Assembly (NCBI GenBank): GCA_030141605.1
Contig: JAQGDQ010001975.1
Span: 1-18,941 of the forward strand
Origin: Tubiluchus corallicola
Lineage: Eukaryota; Animalia; Priapulida
Length of the DNA: 18,941 nt
Direction: 5' to 3'
In this document: positions 10,731 through 18,941 of the stretch, in pieces
How the letters are laid out: the number at the start of each line of letters is the position of its first letter
How positions within the stretch are numbered: position 1 is the first letter of the stretch
Notes under the pieces: generated by a model
Databases searched by the model: none
Told to the model about the DNA's origin: nothing
Seen by the model: only the letters and a program-made list of their open reading frames with translations
Position numbers and translations under genes: made by a program

Positions 10731-11714
10731 AATAAGTCTTTTCATAGTTTTGTTGTGCGCACGCGCAGTTGCTGTAGGTCAAAGTGTACCACAGCAACGC
10801 GTCTTAGCTACAACTGACATGTGGGTAAAGCAAAGCCGCCTGCCGCTTCAGTACAGTAACTTCAGATGTTTTATGTGGACGTTACTTAACCCTTATCGGG
10901 TCACGATTTTTTACAACAGATTTTGGTAACCGGGGGGTAAAAAATTACATCCCACCATAATTCGTAAATTATTTTTGATAAACCGCCGTGTTTCATTAGT
11001 AAACAGCAACAGCATAATTTATGGTTATGCTGACCACCATAGGATACATCATACCTCTGCTTAAAGACATGTGACTTACTAGTAATACAAAATTTAAATT
11101 CACTTAGTTACGTTCCCTTATCTATGCTGGAATAACTGTAGACAACCGACATTGCTAGCGCGTGTGCAAAAATCATTGTTATTTTGAATTTGATCTGATT
11201 ATCTTTGCAGTTGTGAGTAGACTAGTTCTACGTCAGCATACAGACGTCTGACATTTTGTTTTATCAGATACATCACCTGTATAATGTATAGACAAGTGAA
11301 GTAAAATTTCGACAATTTTAAAAAATCGACATATTGCATTTTCACTTTTATTTCATGGTGAGACAATGCGCCTAAAATAAATAACTGAAAGTATTTTGTG
11401 CACAAAACATATTTAGAAAAAGTCGTAGAAAAGGTTTACTGGGATGCGTATGGGAAAAGAGTAAAATGCAAAAAACGGGTCTGGGGTAATTTTTTACCCC
11501 CCGGCGACCCTATAAGGGTTAATTATGCAATAGTTTATGCAGCAGGGTAAAATATGAACTAGGTAATGTTCTAGCTAGCAGTTAAAACTGTTACTATTAC
11601 AATAGCATGGATTGCGAGGCGTTGTCAAGTGTACACAAATGCGCTATCTGGTACACTTAACCTTTGACCTTTTCACGATCATCATCAATCACTGGAACTG
11701 TGAAAAGGCTCATT
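10731..11714. mobile_element. Old TIR element (possibly Academ-like) with long imperfect inverted ends, hosting the piggyBac-like MITE
   Basis: Left AATAAGTCTTTTCATAGTT vs reverse complement of right end AATGAGCCTTTTCACAGTT (16/19). Inverted similarity continues (AGGTCAAAG...TGTACCA). The same terminus recurs at 16883. Confidence 0.55.
10890..11518. mobile_element. Non-autonomous piggyBac-like element, 629 bp
   Basis: TTAA|CCCTTATCGGGTC ... GACCCTATAAGGG|TTAA (12/13 TIR). Perfect 19-bp subterminal IR CCGGGGGGTAAAAAATTAC at 10930-10948 and 11486-11504, with asymmetric spacers. Confidence 0.9.
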
Positions 11715-11730
11715 CGTCTATAGCACTTAA

Positions 11731-12695
11731 AGGAAAACAGGATGATTTTTCATATCCTACCCCATTCCAAAGTACGAAGAGCATAAATTTTGAGACCTAT
11801 GATGATGCCAAAGCGTTTCTGCTAATTAGATAATTAATTAAAACTTAATTAAGAAAAGTGAGCTCAATGACGATATAACTTAACATAATTTTCAACATTT
11901 TCAATACTGAAGCACAGTACTGCTGTACAACATTCAGTGTAAAGTTCAAGTTTAAAATTAAAATTTCAAGTTTACCGCTCTGCTCTTGAACATGTGCATT
12001 ACGTCACAACTGAACACCTCTGAATTGAGAGGCACAGCACATGTTTTCTGCACAAAGTGCTTCCTAGATGCAGGTGCTAGTACTCGTCTAACTGTGTCTA
12101 GTCCTCATCTAGTTTGCAGCGGGGAAAAACTAGTCGCACCAACGCGAAATTACCATTCTGTGGTTATAATTCTTTCACATAAGTCATTCTTGAAAAAATA
12201 GTATGTTCCCTTTCAATATTTTGTAGAGTGCACTCATATCTCGGTTTGCCGGACAAAAGCGGGGAGACGTCGGTCCGAACTTGCCGATTGTCCGTATTTA
12301 CCGACACTAAGCTAATACAGCAGGCGCCGTGTATTAGACTCACAGTATTACAGAATTAATTGCATAATTGTCTCAAAAACGTCTAGCACGGGCCGCTTCT
12401 GTGCAAAAGTATGTAAAAGCAGTCAGCAATTGACTCAAATAACTCCGCATAATTGACTCTATATTTTTATATTTAGAAATATACACGCGGTTACACTGAT
12501 GTACATGATGTAAACAAAGTGACGGCCCGCCAGCTAGCGGTCAGCTCACGAACGACTGTGTCCGTAGTATGTCGGACTTTTAACGGTCCAGATTTTGTCC
12601 GAATTTTTCGATATTCATAAAAGTGAGGTCCGCTAAACCGAGATATGAGTGTAGATTGTTTTCAGCTGTTGTTTAAATTCGTGTATCGGTTTCCT
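11731..12695 (+). mobile_element. Kolobok-like MITE family B, copy 2, interrupted by a nested Tc1/mariner-type MITE
   Basis: TTAA|AGGAAAACAGGATGATTTTTCAT ... CGGTTTCCT|TTAA. Aligns with 6224-6858 once 12231-12651 is removed. Confidence 0.82.
12231..12651. mobile_element. Tc1/mariner (pogo/Tigger-like) MITE, 421 bp
   Basis: TIR CACTCATATCTCGGTTTGCCGGAC vs CACTCATATCTCGGTTTAGCGGAC (22/24, first 17 perfect). Flanks are TG and TA; the empty site in the paralogous copy has a single TA. Confidence 0.88.
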
Positions 12696-13154
12696 TTAAT
12701 TCAAGTTTAGGGACAGTAGCAGTGAAAGTTATAAGAGGCGACATAAAAACTGATTTAAAATATAACATTTATGTTATTATAAACTATTGATAACGATTCG
12801 AAAATCACACTTTATGTTTGCTGTCAGAAATGGAAAGAATTGCACGACAATTGTGCACTGCTTTGAACAGGCAACAAAGAAACAATGCTTTGCAATAAAC
12901 GATTTCAAATGATTGTACGAGACCAACGTTAAAAAGAAAAAAATATTGCAAAGCCATTCAAAAATGTCCTGTTGTAGATTAAATTATGCGAAATAGTGAG
13001 CAGACATACAACGGGAAATCTGAATTCAAAATTCTAAGTATCTATTTTCATAATTTTACATAATTTATGAGCAGTGTGTCGCGGACTGTTGCAAGTGTGA
13101 AAAGTCGCAATATACATCAAACTTTTGTCGAAGCCGCATTCATAGGTAGTTTTG

Positions 13155-13700
13155 ATCAATCAATCAATCAATCAATTTATTTCACTCCAGCAATGCATAT
13201 ACAATACAGGAACATACAATATTATTGAAACAAAAAGAAACAGTATAGGTAAAAAAAACGTTGATGAAGTCAAATTAACCAAATAAAAAAGTTGCTGTAT
13301 GACACCTTGAAAGCTTGGCTTGTTAAGCTGGCACAAATGAGTGAATGAAAGAAAGAATGGTTAGCGTTAGTAGACATGATGAAATGGAAAAAAATAGTAA
13401 GATTAGGGATAGGAAGAAGGAAAAGAGGAGAAGAAACGACCACAGTGTATGTTTAATCTACATAGAGGTATATTAAAATAGCATTATAATAGATTGGAGG
13501 CCATATATTGCGACTGCATGAGACATGGAGCCACTAAAATTGTATGAATCAAAAATGGTCCTTTTCAAGTACTTTTTGAAACTTAGTTTTGTGTATTTTT
13601 ACTTGGGCACTTATTTTATTCCAGTTATTGGGGGCTGTGAATTTAATAAAGCCATGAATTTGAGATCTTGTAAATGCAACATGGCACACGTGATGTTAAA
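13155..13700 (-). mobile_element. 5'-truncated LINE (L2/CR1-group) 3' fragment, antisense in the intron
   Basis: The minus strand reads RSQIHGFIKFTAPNNWNKISAQVKYTKLSFKKYLKRTIFDSY (ORF2 C-terminal P..WN...K...SFKK.LK...Y pattern). AATAAA followed by an (ATTG)n tail at 13155-13181. Confidence 0.75.
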
Positions 13701-14203
13701 CTTGTACCTCACCTATTTTTAGATATAATGAATATCGAATGTTATAAAAGCCCACTGTCAAACTAACTCATTGGTAATGTGTAGATACTGTGTCGTAGAG
13801 AACACTCACATTACCCCTCCTCCCCCATTTAGACGGCTTAATTATTGATTATTATCTTGACTAGTTTACGTAGATAATTGCACTGTTTAATATTGTTTGT
13901 TTGTTTTCATTGTTGTTTTGTTTATGTAAATACTGTAAAATATATATGTTAGCATTGCAATTAATCGTCTCTCCTTTTTTGCCAATTATTAAACACAAGT
14001 AAGTACAGTGGTCTACTTATAAATACGTATCTCTTTTTATTCGAGGTTTTTTGGTTTTGGTTACTAAAGAAAGGGGTGATTTAGGAACCTCGGACATTCA
14101 GCACTTCTCCAGCTTTAAAGTATCGAATTTTTCGTCAAATTTCCGCCCTTTCTTTACACAGTGTAGAATGGAAACCAGACAGAAACATCTACGTTAAAGC
14201 ATA

Positions 14204-14829
14204 CAGTCTAGCCTCGTTATCTCGCCAAACTCGTCTCTCGCCATAGAAAGTACCAGGACGGATTTCCTGCTTTGATATTTACCTCGTTAAGTCGCCACCC
14301 TCGCTTCTCGCCCTCGCCACGTCATGCTAGGATGAGTGCTTATGTAAACTATATTCGTTATGTCGCCAAACAGACAACTGATGCGATACTTTGAACAGTC
14401 TGACAGAGTCACAAGCGGCGATATTCAAGGATTGTGTTTGATTAAACGTCGTGTTGACTGCTTGCGTGTATCATCAATGAAACAGTCGTCTCTTCTGAAT
14501 TATTTCAGTCGTCAGTAACTCATTTGTGAACATTTCTAAATCTTTTGCTAAGTTTATTGCATTTAAGTGTATACTCGAAAAAGGTTTTTTTAAATAAAAA
14601 AGTAACATTCTAAGATTATTTTTATGACATTTTTTTATTCCTGATTTAATGTTGCTTGGTATCATAATGCGAAATATATTTTATATGTACATAGAGGAAC
14701 ACTATGTTAATCAACTATTATGTATATACATATAGACCAACTTCGTTATATTCCCATTATCTCGCCATTCTCGCCTCTCGCCAAACATTTGCCCTAGACG
14801 GACAGTGGCGAGATAACGAGGCTAGACTG
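14204..14829. mobile_element. Tc1/mariner (pogo/Tigger-like) MITE, 626 bp
   Basis: TA|CAGTCTAGCCTCGTTATCTCGCCA ... TGGCGAGATAACGAGGCTAGACTG|TA: perfect 24-bp TIR and TA TSD. Multiple subterminal TCTCGCCA repeats. Confidence 0.93.
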
Positions 14830-14876
14830 TATATTCATATTATTAATTGTTAACTAAATCACATTTTTCATTGCAG

Positions 14877-15835
14877 AAACCGTAATTCGTCGATTACCGT
14901 TGCAAACCAGCCGACACTTTTTTGTGTATGAATCCAAACCCAACAGTGTAAATAGTTCGGTGCCTCGCATCGCGAACGCTACCGTCACATCAAATGTGTT
15001 TCTCGACAGACTGCGTAACATAGACTACTACTGTGATCGCCGGAGTCGTGAAAGATCGTACCGGTTACGAAAAACCGTCCGAAGGGATGTGATATTCATT
15101 GACGACGTGCACAAACTTGCGTACTGCATGATACCAAAATCCGCATCCACTAACTGGAGACGGACCCTCCTGGCATTGATCATGGCTCAAAAGGGAGGTG
15201 AAAACAGAACCGCAGAAGAAATTTTACCCACACTGAACTGGAACAGCTGTGACAAAGCCGACAGAGAAGGCGTCTTAACGAAGTACAGGAACAGAATTCA
15301 CGTTCGGAAAAATCTGAAAGATTACTTCCTATTCACGTTTGTTCGTCATCCGTTTGAACGGATCCTCTCCGCTTACAGGAACAAACTGGCACCGGACGCG
15401 CCCAGCGGGAACAAGTACTTCAAAAAGTATGCGACGTCCATGAGTCCGGAGAGAAATAGTGCCACGTTCACATTCAAACAGTTCGTCAACTACCTCGCAA
15501 ATCATGAGCGGGAGTCGAAAAAATTCGAGTTGCATTGGGCAAAGATTGTCGACTTATGTAACCCGTGTCCAATTCGATATCAGTTCATAGGAAAAACGGA
15601 AAACCTAAAGCAAGAATCGGAATATCTCTTGCAAAAGCTGGGATTAGATCGGGTTTCCTTTCCGGACGACGATAAGGTAAAATCACAGACCCTCATGAGT
15701 AAATACTATGCAGAGATCGATGAATCAACTCTGAAAAGGTTGTACAAGGTCTACGAAGACGATTTTCTAGTCTACAACTTTAGTTATTACCATCCGGGCA
15801 AGATTCAAACTAGTGATACGAATGAACGATCGTAA
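14877..15835 (+). CDS. CHST11-like: Carbohydrate sulfotransferase (Sulfotransfer_2 family, CHST8-14 / chondroitin-4-O-sulfotransferase-like), coding exon 2 with the whole catalytic domain
   Basis: Acceptor tttttcattgcAG ends at 14876. 5'-PSB motif YCMIPKSASTNWRR; 3'-PB motif FTFVRHPFERILSAYRNK; HW...CNPCPIRYQFIGKTENL; C-terminal LYKVYEDDFLVYNFS. Stop TAA ends at 15835. The spliced CDS is 1092 nt (363 aa). The TTG start at 14900 in the ORF track is not the real start. Exact orthology is unresolved. Confidence 0.95.
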
Positions 15836-16214
15836 CAAAAACTGTACACATGATGAAACTCTGCCTACATAGTCTGTGATCTTAGAAAATGCAAAAACTG
15901 TGATTTGCAATGCAGTAGTTGTTAGAATTTCAAATGGCAGTATAGTTGAGGTTTTTTGTGCTGAGCAACAAAAATACATTCAGACCAGAGTTGAGATGTC
16001 CTTCTAGTTGAACTAGTGCTCACATGTTTGAAACACTTGTCTACTTGGAAGTGAAAATTCTTAATGATTTAAAATGTCTTTCTACCATTGAAAAGAATGC
16101 TAGAATGAGTGTTTCTGTACAGCGCCAGGATCGTGCTACAAATCTTGATCGTCCATATGGTATAATTCACTGAGAAGTCTGTAAATGTACGACGGCGCAT
16201 TGCCACCACTGAAA

Positions 16215-16220
16215 AATAAA
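16215..16220 (+). promoter_or_regulatory. Candidate polyadenylation signal for the sulfotransferase
   Basis: AATAAA about 380 nt after the stop. It lies in an A-run, so it may be chance. Confidence 0.25.
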
Positions 16221-16301
16221 AAAAAGTTGATTCGAGTTAAAGCAAAACCAGAATTGTTTGTTCAAGTTCAAGTTTGATTTTACTTCGAAACGACGCATTA
16301 A

Positions 16302-16498
16302 AGAAAGACTACCTCTATATACTGCCCCATTTTCAAGTACGATAAAAAGTATACATTTTAACACAATTAATACTGCAAAAGCATTTCTGATGATTAAATT
16401 ATAGATTAAAAACTTGATTAACGGCGGGTGATCCCAACTATTGCTGACATCACAAACTAACATAATTTTCAACAGCAAAAATATTCCACGAGCGTGTT
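16302..16498 (+). mobile_element. Kolobok-like MITE family B, copy 3 (left-end fragment)
   Basis: TTAA|AGAAAGAC...CCCCATTTTCAAGTACGATAAAAAGTATACATTTT...TTCCACGAGCGTGTT matches 6224-6427. Confidence 0.85.
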
Positions 16499-16637
16499 CT
16501 TTCTTTCTTCACAATGGGTAAAGACTGTTATGTGGTAGTGGTAGCGTGGTGCACAATATATAGATAAAATTATAGATATATAGATTAATTAAGACTAAGT
16601 GTTATTAGTAAGAAGACATCTCGAAATAACTACAACA

Positions 16638-16737
16638 AAGAGTAAACTGGTGGTGCCATCTACAGGCTTCAATTACAAGTTCACTTAAGAGTAAACTGGT
16701 GGTGCCCTCTACAGGCTTCAAATACAAGTTCACTTAA
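16638..16737. repeat. 49-bp tandem duplication
   Basis: AAGAGTAAACTGGTGGTGCC.TCTACAGGCTTCAA.TACAAGTTCACTT at 16638 and 16687. Confidence 0.93.
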
Positions 16738-17292
16738 CAAAGATTATTGTGAAATAAACTGCAACGGTTCATTAATTCTGCTGCTAACAGATGATGTATT
16801 CAACAAAATATCATTAATTTGTTAATGAAAATTGCTGGTAAAAATGTCCGCCCCCCTCCCCACATTAACTCTGTACATCACTAATAAGTCTTTTCACAGT
16901 TTCGTTATCAACATCAACACATTAGAGAGAGACTATATTAATATATATTATATAGTCTTCTGCGGACGTCCAGACCGTTTCCTATCGCTGTAAGTGCCAT
17001 CAGTCTCGAATTTGACGATAGCTTGGTACACGACTGTCTTGGAAAACCGTAATCTAGCACTTATCACCCTTTCAGTATATCCTTCTTGATGTAAAGTCAC
17101 GATTTAAACCCTCTGAGTCTCACTCAATGACGATTTTTTGCCCATTTTTTGGATCACAAGAAAAATACAAAAACGGCCGATCTGTATGGATAGCAGCAGG
17201 CAAATGAGTCACTCATACTCACTTAGATGTACTGTTTCAAACCACTAGCAGTATGATGCAGTCAACAAAGAATCTGATGCAATCAGGGTACA

Positions 17293-17522
17293 GTATGATG
17301 AAAATCCGGAAAACTCGAGCTTGGTCTTAAACTTTTGCAAATGACTAGATTTTTCACAGTTACGCAAATGCCGAATCACACAAAGACGGAACATAATAAC
17401 CTACATGTATGATGAAAATCCGGAAAACTTGAGCTTGGTCTTAAACTTTTGCAAATGACTGTAGATTTTTCACAGTTACGCAAATGCCGAATCACACAAA
17501 GACGGAACATAATAACCTACAT
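17293..17522. repeat. 114-bp tandem duplication
   Basis: GTATGATGAAAATCCGGAAAACT... at 17293 and 17407; the copies are near-identical. Confidence 0.95.
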
Positions 17523-17744
17523 ATACTTACATGTTTGATATGAACAAAGTGACCAATTCTGGCGGAACGTAGTCAAAAACTGGACACGGAATTTGAACTT
17601 TGGAAACCAAGTCACCTGATCAAAACAAAAATATTTCAAATCTCCAATAAAAAAAATAACAGTCTCATACATAGACATAGACATAGACGTAGAACATTTA
17701 GTTTCTCATTTTCTCCAATTAGTTTAACATCAAAAGTTTTTTAA

Positions 17745-17943
17745 ATATTAAGTAATTATAATCATGGAGTAGGGCAGGGAAGGACCATAGGGTCATCTAG
17801 TCTCCTGCCCTTTCTTATAAATAGATTAGTATATTAAGTAATTATAATCATGGAGTAGGGCAGGGAAGGACCATAGGGTCATCTAGTCTCCTGCCCTTTC
17901 TTATAAATAGATTAGTATATTAAGTAATTATAATCATGGAGTA
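17745..17943 (-). repeat. 86-bp tandem repeat (2.3 copies) containing a CR1-like LINE 3'-terminal stem-loop
   Basis: Units at 17745, 17831, 17917. The minus strand reads AGGGCAGGAGACTAGATGACCCTATGGTCCTTCCCTGCCCTACTCCATGATT, with an AGGGCAGG/CCTGCCCT stem. Confidence 0.85.
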
Positions 17944-18066
17944 TTAAGTTTTTGATACATTATCTAATTATCAGAAACGCATTTACAATATTAATCGTGT
18001 TAAAATGTATACGTTTTTATCAGATTTGAAAATGGGGTGGTATATGAAAAATCATCCTGTCTTCCT
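17944..18066 (-). mobile_element. Kolobok-like MITE family B, copy 4 (left-end fragment, reverse orientation)
   Basis: The reverse complement TTAA|AGGAAGACAGGATGATTTTTCATATACCACCCCATTTTCAAATC... matches 6224 and 11731. Confidence 0.85.
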
Positions 18067-18215
18067 TTAACTTTCTTCCTTCAGGTACAGTACACTCTTT
18101 TAATAGCATCTCAAGCCAGCTGCGGAGGTTAGGAACTAATTTTCTCACAACAAATACGAAAAGCAACACCAGCACTTGACAGCAAGGAAGCTCGTCCATA
18201 ACAAAAACCAAACAC

Positions 18216-18702
18216 GAGAGCACAGACATTTTTGAGAGCACACGGACAGTTTTGAGAGCACACAGACAGTTTTGAGAGCACACAGACAGTTTTGAGAGCA
18301 CACGGACAGTTTTGAGAGCACACAGACAGTTTTGAGAGCACAGAGACAGTTTTGAGAGCACACGGACAGTTTTGAGAGCACACGGACAGTTTTGAGAGCA
18401 CAGAGACAGTTTTGAGAGCACGCGGACAGTTTTGAGAGCACACGGACAGTTTTGAGAGCACACGGACAGTTTTGAGAGCACAGAGACAGTTTTGAGAGCA
18501 CGCGGACAGTTTTGAGAGCACAGAGACAGTTTTGAGAGCACACACACACACACAGTTTTGAGAGCACGCGGACAGTTTTGAGAGCACAGAGACAGTTTTG
18601 AGAGCACACACACACAGTTTTGAGAGCACACAGACAGTTTTGAGAGCACACGGACAGTTTTGAGAGCACACGGGTAGTTTCGAGAGCACACGGACAGTTT
18701 TG
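18216..18702. repeat. 20-bp minisatellite GAGAGCACACGGACAGTTTT, about 24 units
   Basis: Strict 20-bp period from 18234 to 18534. Variants are mostly confined to the central CACGG/CACAG/CAGAG/CGCGG; two units have (CA)n expansions. Confidence 0.98.
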
Positions 18703-18941
18703 AAACCCACCTTCGGCAAAGTCGATGAGTCGATTGGGTGATACAAATTTGTTGAAAGCGACCTGGTCATTGGAGCATAGATACTTTGGTGACAACTTGA
18801 ACATGGAAAAGCAAACTATCAACTGCAATAAAGAACAAAGCTATTAATTTCTCCAAAATGCTAACAAGACACACACAGAATTTTCTCATGCGCGATTTTA
18901 ACAATATCCTTGCAAAATGATGCTGCACTAGGAGCTTTACC

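Noticed and set aside
15329-15535. Antisense ORF within the sulfotransferase exon
   Set aside because: Short shadow ORF with no motif support.
18020-18828. Three overlapping 213-227 aa Cys-rich ORFs
   Set aside because: They are translations of the 20-bp minisatellite in three frames, running into a MITE fragment.

Overview
AT-rich, repeat-dense eukaryotic (invertebrate-like animal) genomic DNA; I found no prokaryotic operon, CRISPR array, rRNA or intact tRNA. The one convincing protein gene is on the + strand: a Golgi type II membrane carbohydrate sulfotransferase of the Sulfotransfer_2 / CHST8-14 (CHST11-like) family. It has two coding exons (10542..10674 and 14877..15835) joined across a 4.2-kb phase-1 intron, giving 363 aa. 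The rest is a mosaic of non-autonomous DNA transposons (Kolobok-like, piggyBac-like, Tc1/mariner-pogo-like, hAT-like, some nested), 3' LINE fragments, microsatellites and minisatellites. The most unusual structure is 3413..5993, where the left and right ends of one hAT-like MITE appear to have each expanded into a tandem array, facing each other across an AT-rich core. Several other tandem repeats also begin at TE ends. Almost all other ORFs in the track are repeat artefacts. TE family names come from terminal and target-site signatures only, with no database search.
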